Shown here piece by piece: positions 11,152-21,785 of a stretch of 64,000 nucleotides of DNA; position 1 is the stretch's first letter, and the number at the start of each line of letters is the position of its first letter. Position numbers and translations under genes: made by a program. Source of the stretch: Candidatus Oxydemutatoraceae bacterium (GTDB lineage: Bacteria > Pseudomonadota > Gammaproteobacteria > Poriferisulfidales > Oxydemutatoraceae); contig CBDCOZ010000003.1 in NCBI GenBank assembly GCA_965220085.1, forward strand, positions 864,001 to 928,000. Direction: 5' to 3'. Under the pieces are notes generated by a model. That model saw nothing but the letters and a program-made list of their open reading frames with translations, was not told the origin of the DNA and ran no database searches.

Positions 11152-11588
11152 CTGTTTTTTTTGCGCCGGGCGCTATGCAGCCAGGATTCAAGTATCAGGC
11201 ACGCCGCAATTTTGTCTATGTCGGCTTTTTCGATTTTATCACGCAGCTTATTTTGCCGTTGTCGCTTCAGAATACTTTTTGCTTCGCAGGAGGAGTACGC
11301 TTCGTCCGTCGCGACTACCGGCAGGTCAAATTGTTTTTTGAGATACGCGCTAAAGCGGCTGATTCCGTCGAGTAGCGCGGGCGGCGAATCATCGGCGGGG
11401 CGGCCGACAACGATCGTTTGCGGTTGCCAGCGGTCTATCAACCGCGCTATTTGCCCGTGTTCGGGCGCGCCTCTGTGACAGCGCAAGGTCGTCAACGGGT
11501 GCGGGATAGCGGTTTCCAGATTTGCCATCGCCACTCCGATGCGGGCGAGTCCGAAGTCAAAGCATAAGACATTGCCTGTGTCTGTCAT
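11148..11588 (-). CDS. yqgF: YqgF/RuvX pre-16S rRNA nuclease
   Basis: LCFDFGLARIGVA, DE.YSS, IDKIAACLILE. Confidence 0.92.
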   Translation of the reverse strand: MTDTGNVLCFDFGLARIGVAMANLETAIPHPLTTLRCHRGAPEHGQIARLIDRWQPQTIVVGRPADDSPPALLDGISRFSAYLKKQFDLPVVATDEAYSSCEAKSILKRQRQNKLRDKIEKADIDKIAACLILESWLHSARRKKNR

Positions 11589-12562
11589 TTTTTGAGCAGG
11601 TCCGAGATGGCCGCTATGACATCGGCGCAGACATCGCATCCGGTAGCGGCGGTAATCTCTCTGGCGCACGTGGGGCTGGTGACATTGATCTCGGTCAACT
11701 TTCCGTCTATGACATCAATGCCGACAAAAAGCAAACCGAGTTCTTTTAGCCGCGGGGCGATCGTTTGGCATATGTCGCGATCGCGCGCGGTCAGTTCGAC
11801 GACTTCCCCGCGCCCGCCGGCGGCGAGGTTGGCGCGCAATTCGCCCGCCTTGGGAATACGGTTCAGCGCATAGGGCACGGGGTTGCCGTTAATCAGGAGT
11901 ATGCGCTTGTCGCCTTTGTGGTATCCGGCTATCAATCGTTGCATCATCACGCTGCGTGTTTCGTTGCGGCACATATCGGCAATCAGATGAGACGCATTGG
12001 CGTCGTCGCTTTTGATTCGAAACACAGAATGTCCTCCCATGTTATCCAGCGGTTTGATGACCGTATCTTTGTGCGCATGAAGAAATGCGCGCAATTGTGC
12101 CGCGCTCCTGCTAACGATTGTCGGCGCCGACAACTGCGGGAATTCCTGTGTCAATATCTTCTCGTTCGCCGACAGGATGCCGGTCGGGTTGTTGACGACC
12201 GGACAATTCGCGCGCATGGCATATTCCAGTATCCGGCACGTGTAGAGATACTCGGTATCCACCGGGGGGTCTTTGCGCATCAGGATGACATCTTGAGAGC
12301 TCAGTTCAAGTTTTTGCCGGTCGCCGAAACAGAACCAACTGTTCGTGTCCAAAGAGACTTCGAGCGGCCGCGCATATCCGAACGCCCGCCCGCTGTCCAA
12401 ATATAACTCTTGATAATCAAAATAGAATAACCGCCAGCCCCTTTGCCGGGCGGCGAACAGCAACCCCAGCGTCGTGTCTTTTTGCGGGCGGATGTCTTCG
12501 ATCGGGTCCATGATGACACCGAGCAAAGGTTTGTGGCGATTGTCGTTTGGCATGGCGGTCAT
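11585..12562 (-). CDS. gshB: Glutathione synthetase
   Basis: VIMDPI, KDTT, MRKDPP, RANLAAGG, GIDVIDGKLTEINVTSPTC. Confidence 0.96.
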   Translation of the reverse strand: MTAMPNDNRHKPLLGVIMDPIEDIRPQKDTTLGLLFAARQRGWRLFYFDYQELYLDSGRAFGYARPLEVSLDTNSWFCFGDRQKLELSSQDVILMRKDPPVDTEYLYTCRILEYAMRANCPVVNNPTGILSANEKILTQEFPQLSAPTIVSRSAAQLRAFLHAHKDTVIKPLDNMGGHSVFRIKSDDANASHLIADMCRNETRSVMMQRLIAGYHKGDKRILLINGNPVPYALNRIPKAGELRANLAAGGRGEVVELTARDRDICQTIAPRLKELGLLFVGIDVIDGKLTEINVTSPTCAREITAATGCDVCADVIAAISDLLKK

Positions 12563-12621
12563 TTTAACCCAAGCGAGCGATTCGGCGCCGGAATGCTTTG
12601 CGGTTTTGGTAGAATGAGTCA

Positions 12622-14412
12622 ATGAATCATCTGCGAAATTTCTCAATCATTGCGCATATCGACCACGGCAAATCAACCCTTGCCGATCGTTTTATCGAGC
12701 TGTGCGGCGGCTTGAACAAACGCCAGATGAGCAATCAGGTTCTGGATTCTATGGACATAGAGCGCGAGCGCGGGATTACGATCAAAGCGCAGGCCGTGAT
12801 GCTTGAGTATCGGGCAAAAGACAATGCGATGTATCGGCTCAACATGATCGATACGCCGGGGCATGTTGATTTCGGCTACGAAGTGTCCCGTTCGTTGGCG
12901 GCTTGCGACGGCGCGTTGCTCGTCGTCGATGCATCGCAGGGAGTCGAAGCGCAAAGCATCGCCAATTGTTGGCAGGCGGTCGAGCAAGGGCTGGAGATTC
13001 TGCCGGTGCTGAATAAGATCGATCTGCCGGCGGCGGATCCGGAGCGGGTGAAGCGGGAGATAGAAGATTTGATCGGGGCGGATGTCGCCAATACGAGTTT
13101 GGTCAGCGCCAAGACCGGAGAAGGGGTGGGCGATTTGCTGGAGAGGATTGTGACGCGCATCCCCTCGCCGCAAGGCAATGCCGAAGGCGAGCTGAGGGCA
13201 TTGATCGTGGACTCCTGGTTTGACAGTTATGTCGGCGTTGTGATGTTGGTGCGCGTCGTCGACGGCGCGCTCGGCAAAGGAGAGCGCTTCGTCACGATGG
13301 CGCGCAAGACCAAGCGCCGTGTCGAGAGTCTCGGTGTGTTTACGCCCGAAGCCGTCGGTCGGGAGCGGCTGTGCGCGGGCGAGGTGGGCTTTGTCATCGC
13401 CGGCATCAAAGATATCAGCGTGGTCGCGGTCGGCGATACGCTGACCCGCGCCGATGCGCCGGCGGCTGCGCCGTTGCCGGGTTTCAAAACGATTCAGCCG
13501 CGGGTGTTTGCCGGATTCTATCCGAGCGATTCCGACGATTACAAAATCTTGCGCGATGCCTTGGGCAAACTGAGCCTGAATGACGCGTCTTTTAGTTACG
13601 AGGCCGAGACCTCGCAAGCCTTGGGCTTTGGTTTCCGTTGCGGTTTTCTCGGCATGCTGCATATGGAAGTCATACAAGACCGTCTTGAACGCGAGTACGG
13701 CAATTCGCTGGTGACCACCGCGCCGTCGGTCGTGTATCGCGCGCGCCTGACGGATGGCACGAGTATCCGCATCCGGAATCCGAATGAGTTGCCGCCGGCC
13801 AATACAATCCGCGAGATAGAAGAGCCGATGATCGCGGCGACCATTCTGACGCCGCAGGATTCTGTCGGCAAGGTGATGCGCTTGTGTATGGAAAGGCGCG
13901 GCGCGCAAAAGCATATCCGCTACGCCGGCAATCAGGTTTCGATAGATTTTGAGTTGCCGTTCAACGAAGTGGTGTTTGATTTTTTTGATCAATTGAAATC
14001 CTTGTCTCACGGTTATGCATCGTTTGACTATCAGATGTCCGGCTACCGTCCCGCGCCGTTGGTCAGGTTGGACATATTGATCAACGGCGAGGCGGTGGAC
14101 GCTTTGTCCGTTATCGCGCACAAGGACAAAGCGCAAACGATCGGCCGGGCGCTGGTTGAAAAGATGTCCGAAGCGATACCGCGGCAGATGTTTGATGTCG
14201 CGATTCAAGCCGCGATCGGATCGCGTGTCATTGCGCGGGCGACCACTCGCGCCTTGCGCAAAAACGTGACCGCAAAATGTTACGGCGGCGACATAACCCG
14301 CAAGCGCAAACTGTTAGAGAAACAAAAGGCCGGCAAAAAACGGATGAAGCAAGTCGGCAAGGTCGCCGTGCCGCAGGAAGCGTTTCTGGCGATATTGAAA
14401 GTGAATAAGTAG
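12622..14412 (+). CDS. lepA: Elongation factor 4
   Basis: [46 protein letters not shown]. Confidence 0.99.
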   Translation: MNHLRNFSIIAHIDHGKSTLADRFIELCGGLNKRQMSNQVLDSMDIERERGITIKAQAVMLEYRAKDNAMYRLNMIDTPGHVDFGYEVSRSLAACDGALLVVDASQGVEAQSIANCWQAVEQGLEILPVLNKIDLPAADPERVKREIEDLIGADVANTSLVSAKTGEGVGDLLERIVTRIPSPQGNAEGELRALIVDSWFDSYVGVVMLVRVVDGALGKGERFVTMARKTKRRVESLGVFTPEAVGRERLCAGEVGFVIAGIKDISVVAVGDTLTRADAPAAAPLPGFKTIQPRVFAGFYPSDSDDYKILRDALGKLSLNDASFSYEAETSQALGFGFRCGFLGMLHMEVIQDRLEREYGNSLVTTAPSVVYRARLTDGTSIRIRNPNELPPANTIREIEEPMIAATILTPQDSVGKVMRLCMERRGAQKHIRYAGNQVSIDFELPFNEVVFDFFDQLKSLSHGYASFDYQMSGYRPAPLVRLDILINGEAVDALSVIAHKDKAQTIGRALVEKMSEAIPRQMFDVAIQAAIGSRVIARATTRALRKNVTAKCYGGDITRKRKLLEKQKAGKKRMKQVGKVAVPQEAFLAILKVNK

Positions 14413-14416
14413 ACAG

Positions 14417-15325
14417 ATGTGTCGCATAACCGTTCTGTTGGTATCGCTGCTGTGGTGTTCTGCGCTGATGGCCGATGTGTTGGTTGTCACATTGCTCGGC
14501 ACGGGGACGCCGCGCCCGCAACCCGATCAGGGCAGTCAGGCGATATTGATTGAAGCGGGCAATCAGAAGTTGTTGTTTGATGCCGGCAGAGGCTCGGCGC
14601 AGCAATACATGCGGCTCGGCGCGGACTTTGCCGATTTGGACAAAGTATTTCTGACGCACTTGCATTATGACCATATCATCGGCTTGCCCGATGTGCTCTT
14701 GTCGGGCTGGCTCTTTCAAAGACGCTCGCCGCTGCAAGTGTGGGGAGGATACGGGGTCGCCGAGCATCTGGAACATATTGAGAAGGCCTACCGCGCCGAC
14801 ATAACTTGGCGCAGTCAACATTCCGCTTTGCCGACTCAGGCCGCCCGCTTTGTTCCTCGCGAAATCAAAGAGGCGGGTGTCGTCTATTCTCACGACGGGC
14901 TGAAAGTGACCGCTTTTCCGGTGGATCACAGTCCGGTCGAGCACGCTTTCGGTTACCGCATAGATTATCGCACACGCTCGGCGGTGATTTCCGGCGATAC
15001 GCGTTATTCCGATGCGCTGGTTGCGCATTCAAAGTCGGTCGATCTGCTGATTCACGAGTTTGCGGCGGTATCCGAGCCGTTGCGCCGCGCCAACAAGCGC
15101 TTGCAACGCGTGTACGATTACCATACGACCCCCGAGAGTTTGTTGCGAGTCGTCAAGCAGACAAAGCCTCGTTTGACCGTGCTGGTACACCGGCTCATCT
15201 TCGGTTTGAAGCCCGATGCGGTATTGCGCGACCTGCGCGATGCTTATGACGGCGAGATAATTTTTGGCAACGATCTGGATGCGTTTGATGTCGGCGATGG
15301 AATCAGAGCATACAGACGGGATTAG
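14417..15325 (+). CDS. Secreted MBL-fold hydrolase (RNase Z/arylsulfatase-like)
   Basis: Signal peptide; TLLGTGTP, DAGRG, FLTHLHYDH, VISGDT, LIHE, YHTTP. Confidence 0.8.
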   Translation: MCRITVLLVSLLWCSALMADVLVVTLLGTGTPRPQPDQGSQAILIEAGNQKLLFDAGRGSAQQYMRLGADFADLDKVFLTHLHYDHIIGLPDVLLSGWLFQRRSPLQVWGGYGVAEHLEHIEKAYRADITWRSQHSALPTQAARFVPREIKEAGVVYSHDGLKVTAFPVDHSPVEHAFGYRIDYRTRSAVISGDTRYSDALVAHSKSVDLLIHEFAAVSEPLRRANKRLQRVYDYHTTPESLLRVVKQTKPRLTVLVHRLIFGLKPDAVLRDLRDAYDGEIIFGNDLDAFDVGDGIRAYRRD

Positions 15326-15334
15326 GGGCGCGGC

Positions 15335-16171
15335 ATGGCGCGGCTAGACGTATCACGCCCGCGGCTGATGGGCATACTCAATCTGACGCCGGATAGCTTT
15401 TCCGACGGCGGGGCTTTTAGCGGAATCGATGCGGCTCTGGCGCGGGTCGATGAGATGCTCGAGCAGGGGGCCGATATGATCGATGTCGGAGGAGAGTCGA
15501 CCCGCCCGCAGTCACAGCGCGTTCCGGCAGCGGAGCAGATACGGCGGATATGCGAGCCGATTGCGGCGATTACACAACGTCATCCGGATCTGTTGGTCAG
15601 CGCGGATACGACGCTTGCCGCGGTGGCCGCCGCCGCGTTTGATGCCGGCGCCGGCATGCTCAATGATATTTCCGCATTGCGCGATGACCCCGCGATGATC
15701 GGGTGGCTTGTCAAAAACGAGGCGCCGGTATGCTTGATGCATATGCAAGGCGCGCCGCAAACGATGCAAGACGCGCCGCGCTATGAGGATGTCGTCGCGG
15801 AAGTGTGCGCATTTCTGACCGAGCGCGCGCAGTTTGCCGAACAGAGCGGCGTGGCAAAAGAGCGTATCCTGATCGATCCCGGCATCGGCTTCGGCAAGAC
15901 AACCGAGCACAATCTGACGTTGATCGCGGCGCTGGATAAAATCGCGGCGCTCGGATGGCCGGTGTTGCTGGGCGCCAGTCGGAAACGTTTCATGGGACAT
16001 TTTTGCAAGGCTGATACGCCCGTCCGACGGGTGCCGGCGAGTTGTGCGACGACCGTGCTCGGCGCACTTGCGGGGGTGTCGGTGTTTCGGGCGCACGATG
16101 TCTGGCAACACCGTCAGGTGCTGGATTTGCTTGCGCGCGCCTTCCCCGAGGCGGACGGGCCGAAGCGTTAA
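15335..16171 (+). CDS. folP: Dihydropteroate synthase
   Basis: MGILNLTPDSFSDGG, DVGGESTRP, DPGIGFGK, GASRKRF, RAHDV. Confidence 0.97.
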   Translation: MARLDVSRPRLMGILNLTPDSFSDGGAFSGIDAALARVDEMLEQGADMIDVGGESTRPQSQRVPAAEQIRRICEPIAAITQRHPDLLVSADTTLAAVAAAAFDAGAGMLNDISALRDDPAMIGWLVKNEAPVCLMHMQGAPQTMQDAPRYEDVVAEVCAFLTERAQFAEQSGVAKERILIDPGIGFGKTTEHNLTLIAALDKIAALGWPVLLGASRKRFMGHFCKADTPVRRVPASCATTVLGALAGVSVFRAHDVWQHRQVLDLLARAFPEADGPKR

Positions 16172-16181
16172 TCCGGCGATG

Positions 16182-16823
16182 TTATGCCGCTTGCCGCGAG
16201 AGGTAGCGGCGAACCGCCGCCGCCGGATCAGCGCGCGCCAGAATTCCCGATGCGGCCGCGATCATGGTCACGCCGCAATCGAATACGCTCGCCGCGTGTT
16301 GCGCGGAGATTCCGCCGACGGCGCATACCGGTTTCTCAATGCGTCGGGCGTAATGGCGCAACGTGTTTAACGCGATCGGCGTTGCGCCCGGTTTGGTCGG
16401 CGAGTCAAACACCGCGCCGAATGAGACATAATCGGCGCCGTCCCGACACGCTTGTTGCGCGCATTCAAGCGAGGCATAGCACGAGGCGCCGATGATGGCG
16501 TGTTTGCCGAGCAGCCCGCGGGCTTTGTCAATCGGCATGTCTTCCCGTCCCAGATGCGCGCCGGCGGCGCCGACCGCGCGCGCGATGTCGACATCATCGT
16601 TGATCAGCAGGGGCACTTCCAAGCGCGAACACAGCGCTTGCAATGCTTCGGCGGCGCGGAGCTTGTCGTCAAACGATGAGCGCTTGTCGCGGAACTGAAT
16701 CAGTCCGACCCCCGCTGTGACGACCGACCGAATAACCTGTGTTTGTGTGGCGGCAGACAGGCAATGTGTGTCGGCAATCAAACACAGCTTGGGCAAACTA
16801 TGTTTTTTCTGAGAAGCGCTCAT
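16182..16823 (-). CDS. thiE: Thiamine-phosphate synthase
   Basis: QFRDK, LLINDD, GAHLG.ED, GASCY, SPTKP, AVGGI. Confidence 0.93.
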   Translation of the reverse strand: MSASQKKHSLPKLCLIADTHCLSAATQTQVIRSVVTAGVGLIQFRDKRSSFDDKLRAAEALQALCSRLEVPLLINDDVDIARAVGAAGAHLGREDMPIDKARGLLGKHAIIGASCYASLECAQQACRDGADYVSFGAVFDSPTKPGATPIALNTLRHYARRIEKPVCAVGGISAQHAASVFDCGVTMIAAASGILARADPAAAVRRYLSRQAA

Positions 16824-17586
16824 CGTATGTTTTCACGGCTGCGACGGCATGCAGATAGCAATACGTAAACTCAACGGCTTCGGCGGCGGCGGCAACGGTC
16901 GTGCGGTCGGCGGCGAGGAAGCAGGCAATGGCGGCGGCCAAAGCGCAACCGCTGCCGTGGTAGCGTCCCGGCAGACGCTTACAAGCGATAGGCAGCGGGC
17001 TTTGGCGGCGGCGATAGAGTTTGTGTGTCAGCGTGTCGGCGCTTTTTTCTTCGCCGGTGATCAGCGCCGCTTCGCATCCTTGTGTCAACATCTCGCTCGC
17101 TATATCGCCCGCATCCGCGGCATCCGGGACGAGTCGTTGCGCTTCGGCGAGGTTGGGTGTTGCGATTGTCGCAAGCGGCAGCAGGCGATCAAACAACGCG
17201 GCGATCGTCGCATCATCGCAAAATTGATAACCGTTGCCGGAGCGGATAACCGGGTCCAGCACCACGCGCATATCGGGATGCACACAGAGCTTGTCATGCA
17301 ATTTGTCGGCGAGGATATCGATTAATCCGCTGTCCGGAATCAGCCCGATCTTGAGCGCATCGATTTCATAGCTTGTCATCAGCGTGTCGAGTTGGCTTGC
17401 AAACAATGCCGGATCGACCGGCGCACATTGCTCGACGACACATTCGTTTTGCACCGTGTGGCAACTTAAGGCCCCGAGTATCCGGCAGTTTAGCGAAACA
17501 GCGACTCGGGCATCGGCAATCAGTCCGGCGCCGCCGCCGGGGTCAAGCCCCGATACAAACAAAATGGTTGGCTGAGAATTTTCCAT
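16798..17586 (-). CDS. thiD: Hydroxymethylpyrimidine/phosphomethylpyrimidine kinase
   Basis: [40 protein letters not shown]. Confidence 0.9.
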   Translation of the reverse strand: MENSQPTILFVSGLDPGGGAGLIADARVAVSLNCRILGALSCHTVQNECVVEQCAPVDPALFASQLDTLMTSYEIDALKIGLIPDSGLIDILADKLHDKLCVHPDMRVVLDPVIRSGNGYQFCDDATIAALFDRLLPLATIATPNLAEAQRLVPDAADAGDIASEMLTQGCEAALITGEEKSADTLTHKLYRRRQSPLPIACKRLPGRYHGSGCALAAAIACFLAADRTTVAAAAEAVEFTYCYLHAVAAVKTYDERFSEKT

Positions 17587-17639
17587 TGCCGCAAATGGTC
17601 ATTATAATATCTCTTTTCATACTTGAATGGTTTATGCAT

Positions 17640-17810
17640 ATGGAATACAAGCGATATATATGCGTCGTGTGCGGATGGACATATGACGAAGAAAAGGGCG
17701 CGCCGGAAGACGGCATCGCGCCCGGCACAAAGTGGGAAGATGTTCCGCCCGGCTGGAGTTGCCCCGACTGCGGCGCTTCAAAGGACGACTTTGAGATGGC
17801 AGAGATATGA
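17640..17810 (+). CDS. Rubredoxin
   Basis: [12 protein letters not shown]...[16 protein letters not shown]. Confidence 0.95.
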   Translation: MEYKRYICVVCGWTYDEEKGAPEDGIAPGTKWEDVPPGWSCPDCGASKDDFEMAEI

Positions 17811-17838
17811 GCGCCTTGGTGTCGCGGGGGAGCGTCCG

Positions 17839-18783
17839 ATGTCTGTCTTAGTCTGCGGTTCGGTCGCATACGATAACATTATGGTCTTTGACGACCGTTT
17901 CAAAAATCATATCCTGCCCGATCAGATTCACATCCTGAATGTCTCCTTTCTGGTTCCCAAGATGCGTCAACAGTATGGCGGTTGCGCCGGTAACATCGTC
18001 TATGGCCTGAGTTTGCTTGGTTGCGAAGCGCATGCGATGGCGACGGTCGGCAAAGATTTTTCCGCCTATGCGCGGTGGTTGGAGAGCAGGGGTATCAGCC
18101 GCAAGTATTTGCGTGTCATTGAAGACGAGCATACCGCGCAGGCATTCATCATTACCGATCTGGACGATAACCAGATCATCGCTTTTCATCCCGGCGCGAT
18201 GAACCGTTGCCACGTCAACACGGTGCCAAAGGATGCCGCTATCCGCATCGGGCTGATTTCGCCCGAGGGCCGGGAGGGGATGCTCGCCCACGCCGAACAG
18301 TTTGCCGAAGCGGGGGTTCCGATTTTCTTTGATCCGGGGCAGGGCTTGTCGATGTTTGACGGCGCGGAACTGAATACATTTATCGACAGGGCCGATTGGA
18401 TCGCTTGCAATGATTACGAGGCGCGGATTCTTTGCGAGCGCACCGGCGAAACATTAGAGCGGTTGGCCAAGAGGGTGCGCGCCTTGATCGTCACATTGGG
18501 CGGCAAGGGCTCCAGAATCTATCATGCCGGCGGTGTGGCGGAAATACCCGTGGCACAGCCGGAGGCGATTCGTGATCCGACCGGTTGCGGCGATGCCTAT
18601 CGCGCCGGCTTGATCTATGGTCTTGCCAATGACATCGATTGGGAGACGACCGGGCGCATCGCCTCGTTGATGGGGGCTTTCAAAGTCGAATGTTCCGGCG
18701 GGCAGGGCTATCGCTTTGCCGTTGCCGAATTCGGCGAGCGTTATGAGAAGGCCTTCAAGCGTTCGCTCGGCATCAGTCTGTAA
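17839..18783 (+). CDS. PfkB-family carbohydrate/nucleoside (adenosine-like) kinase
   Basis: GSVAYDNIM, GGCAGNI, FDPGQ, DPTGCGDAYRAG. Confidence 0.9.
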   Translation: MSVLVCGSVAYDNIMVFDDRFKNHILPDQIHILNVSFLVPKMRQQYGGCAGNIVYGLSLLGCEAHAMATVGKDFSAYARWLESRGISRKYLRVIEDEHTAQAFIITDLDDNQIIAFHPGAMNRCHVNTVPKDAAIRIGLISPEGREGMLAHAEQFAEAGVPIFFDPGQGLSMFDGAELNTFIDRADWIACNDYEARILCERTGETLERLAKRVRALIVTLGGKGSRIYHAGGVAEIPVAQPEAIRDPTGCGDAYRAGLIYGLANDIDWETTGRIASLMGAFKVECSGGQGYRFAVAEFGERYEKAFKRSLGISL

Positions 18784-18784
18784 G

Positions 18785-19441
18785 CTATGGAACGGAAATC
18801 ATCCGCCAATCATATCGCGCGGCTTCTTTGACCAATCGCGCATCGCCGTTTACCACAACCGCATTATCGGCCCACTTGAGTGTCGCGAGGTCGTTGATGG
18901 AGTCGCTGTAAAACCAACTTTGGTCGTAGTTCGGTTTGTGCTCTTTTAACCATTGCTCAAGCCGTCGCAGTTTGCCTTCCGCAAAGCACGGGATGCCCGT
19001 TACCCGGCCGCTGAATTTGCCGCCGCTGTCGGTCTCGGCTTGGGTCGCGATGACGTGTTCGATGTCAAACAATCGGGCGATGGGTTTGACCAGAAAATCA
19101 ATCGTGGAACTGATGACGATGACATGATCGCCTTTGTCCGTGTGGGCGGCGACCAATTGCTTTGCTTGGGGCGTGACCATCGGCAGGATTTTCGTGTCTA
19201 TGAAAGCCCGCCGCCATGACAGCAACCGCTGTGTGTCGTTTTCCGCAAGCGCCTTGAGCACAAACCGGAGATAGGCGTTGATATCCAAGCGCGCGGCGCA
19301 ATAGTCGGCGTAGAACCGCTGATTCTCTTGTTTGTATTGCGCGGCGTCCGTCGCGCCGATTTCGCACAGGTAGTTGCCCCACTCATAATCGCTGTCGCCG
19401 GCGAGCAGGGTGTTGTCAAGGTCAAAGAGGGCCAAATCCAT
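18785..19441 (-). CDS. HAD-IB family phosphatase (SerB/histidinol-phosphatase-like)
   Basis: LALFDLDNTLL.GDSD, CFAEGK, FYSDSINDL. Confidence 0.88.
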   Translation of the reverse strand: MDLALFDLDNTLLAGDSDYEWGNYLCEIGATDAAQYKQENQRFYADYCAARLDINAYLRFVLKALAENDTQRLLSWRRAFIDTKILPMVTPQAKQLVAAHTDKGDHVIVISSTIDFLVKPIARLFDIEHVIATQAETDSGGKFSGRVTGIPCFAEGKLRRLEQWLKEHKPNYDQSWFYSDSINDLATLKWADNAVVVNGDARLVKEAARYDWRMISVP

Positions 19442-19485
19442 ATCTGTCTCTCGCGGTCAGCGGGTTTGTCGGGCGCGGCTTGTTC

Positions 19486-19950
19486 TCAAAAGGGTCGCAA
19501 CACCGCCAGCCAGATGATGACGATCAATGCGACAGTCGGTATTTCATTAAACCATCGATACCACACATGGCTGTGCGTATTGGCATCGTTGTCAAATGCT
19601 CTGAGCAATGACAAACACCAAATGTGAAATGCCGCCAACAGAGCGATGACGAACAGTTTTATGCCCAGCCACACGGGCATCCCGATCCCCCATGTCGGCG
19701 ATAGCATACAGAGCCCGAAGACGATGGTCAGGATCGCGCCCGGAGTCATGATGCCCCAAAACAGTTTTCGTTCCATGATCTTGAAACGCGCATTGCCTTC
19801 GGCATCGGCAGTCTGGGCGTGGTAGACAAACAGGCGCGGCAAGTAGAACAGGCCCGCAAACCAAGCGACCATGAACATCAGATGCAAGGCTTTGAGCCAG
19901 AGAAATATGGAATCCCGCATATTGAAATAAAGATTTTGTGCCGAACCCAT
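19486..19950 (-). CDS. hemJ: Protoporphyrinogen oxidase HemJ
   Basis: KALHL...WFAGLFYLPRLFVYH, MERKL, RWFNEIP, RPF. Confidence 0.93.
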   Translation of the reverse strand: MGSAQNLYFNMRDSIFLWLKALHLMFMVAWFAGLFYLPRLFVYHAQTADAEGNARFKIMERKLFWGIMTPGAILTIVFGLCMLSPTWGIGMPVWLGIKLFVIALLAAFHIWCLSLLRAFDNDANTHSHVWYRWFNEIPTVALIVIIWLAVLRPF

Positions 19951-20006
19951 AGTATGTCCGAAGCCGGCATTTTGTCAAAACCAACTTGAGGGTAAACTAT
20001 TCGGTT

Positions 20007-21032
20007 ATGATTTCTGCAACAATAGTGGGGGGCACCGGCTATACGGGCGCCGAGTTGATTCGTTTGTTATTAGCGCACCCGCGGGTTGCGTTAAAGCGCG
20101 TTGTCTCCAAAAGTTGCGGCGGCAAGAGGATCGGGGAAGTATTGCCCCATCTGGCCGCCCGCACCGATATGGTTTTCAGCGCTGATATCGGCAACCCTGC
20201 GGATAGCGACATCGTGTTTTTTGCGACCCCTAACGGCGCCGCTATGACCCAAGCCGAGTCTCTCCTTGACGCGGGCGCGCGGGTGATTGATCTCGCCGCC
20301 GATTTCAGGTTGGCCGATGCGGCGCAGTGGAAAGAATGGTATGGCACCGAGCATAGTTGTCCGCAACTGCTGGCGCGGGCTGTTTACGGGCTTCCGGAAT
20401 ATTACCGCGAGCAAATCAAGCGGGCGCAGTTAATCGCCAACCCGGGCTGTTATCCGACTACGGTCATCCTCGGCTTCGGGCCGTTGCTCAAAGCAAAGCT
20501 TATTGAAACAAATTGCTTGATTGCGGATTGCAAGTCCGGTATCAGCGGCGCCGGGCGCAGCGCTGTTACCGAGTTGTCGTATGCCGAATGCAGCGAGAAT
20601 TTCAGAGCATATAAAGCGGATGCGCACCGTCATTGGCCCGAAATCAAGAATCAGTTAGAGCGGGTCGCAGGCCCCGCAGATCTCTCGTTTACGCCGCATC
20701 TGCTGCCGATTATCAGGGGAATGTACTCAAGTTTGCATTTCAAAACCGCCGCGTCGCGGGACACGTTACAAGATTGTTTTGAGCGGGCGTATCAAGACGA
20801 ACCGTTTGTCAAAGTGATGAGCGAGGGGATGATTCCGCAAACTCGGTTTGTCAACGGCAGCAACTATTGCCTTATTTCGGCACACAAACAACGCGGCAGC
20901 GGCTTCGCAAAGGTATTGGTCGCTATCGATAATCTGATGAAGGGCGCTGCGGGGCAGGCGGTGCAGAATATGAATTTAATGTGCGCGCTGGATGAGCGCA
21001 TGGGGCTGGAAGCGATTCCCGTTCTGCCTTGA
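20007..21032 (+). CDS. argC: N-acetyl-gamma-glutamyl-phosphate reductase
   Basis: GGTGYTGAEL, IANPGCYPT, KSGISGAGR, IDNLMKGAAGQA. Confidence 0.97.
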   Translation: MISATIVGGTGYTGAELIRLLLAHPRVALKRVVSKSCGGKRIGEVLPHLAARTDMVFSADIGNPADSDIVFFATPNGAAMTQAESLLDAGARVIDLAADFRLADAAQWKEWYGTEHSCPQLLARAVYGLPEYYREQIKRAQLIANPGCYPTTVILGFGPLLKAKLIETNCLIADCKSGISGAGRSAVTELSYAECSENFRAYKADAHRHWPEIKNQLERVAGPADLSFTPHLLPIIRGMYSSLHFKTAASRDTLQDCFERAYQDEPFVKVMSEGMIPQTRFVNGSNYCLISAHKQRGSGFAKVLVAIDNLMKGAAGQAVQNMNLMCALDERMGLEAIPVLP

Positions 21033-21042
21033 TTGTTTGCGC

Positions 21043-21774
21043 ATGCGAACAGGGACTCTCTATAAATTCTTCTATTCGATACGCTTGAGCATATTTTACT
21101 TGAGCAAACACAAGTGGGTCGTCGCCGGTTTGGCAGGCGGGCTGTTTGTGTTGTGGGGCGCGATGTTCTATCTGTTCGGTCAGGCGAGCGTGCGTCATCA
21201 GATACGGCTGATCTATGCCGATACGATCGGCTTGTCTCAGAGCGGCGCCGACAGCCATGACGTTATCGCGCATATCAAGATGATTGCGACCCAAGCCAAA
21301 GTGGCCGAGGAGACGATCAAGGGGTTGCGCGAGACCTTGGCGAGCAAGGAACACGATGTCTCCGAACTGCGGGAACAGATTTATTTCTATCGCGCTATCG
21401 TCGCGCCGGAAGAGACAGACAAAGAGCTATCCGTCCTGTCGGTGCGGCTCGGCTATCCCGCGGAAGACGGAAAATTTCCGTTTGAACTCGTGTTACGCAA
21501 GACCGATAGCCCCGATACTCTGGCAAAAGGGCGCGTAAAAATCACGTTGCTCGATGGGGACGGCGAGGCGTCCCGGCGTTTGCCGATGAAGTCGTTCTAT
21601 CAGGGGGACGAACGCTTTTCTTTCAAGTATTTCCAACAGTTGCGCGGCAAAATTATGGTGCCGGACGGTTTTTCTCCGGTCAGGGTTGAGGCGGTCGTGT
21701 TGTCGGCCGGGCGGAGCGAGATAAAAAAACTCTGGTATTGGGGCGATCTGCTGAGCGGAGTGCACGCCTATTAA
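21043..21774 (+). CDS. Membrane-anchored coiled-coil hypothetical protein (DUF6776-like)
   Basis: One TM helix, coiled coil ending ..FYRAIVAPE, C-terminal FSFKYFQQL.G...P.GF.P. Confidence 0.65.
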   Translation: MRTGTLYKFFYSIRLSIFYLSKHKWVVAGLAGGLFVLWGAMFYLFGQASVRHQIRLIYADTIGLSQSGADSHDVIAHIKMIATQAKVAEETIKGLRETLASKEHDVSELREQIYFYRAIVAPEETDKELSVLSVRLGYPAEDGKFPFELVLRKTDSPDTLAKGRVKITLLDGDGEASRRLPMKSFYQGDERFSFKYFQQLRGKIMVPDGFSPVRVEAVVLSAGRSEIKKLWYWGDLLSGVHAY

Positions 21775-21785
21775 CTGTCGCGCTG

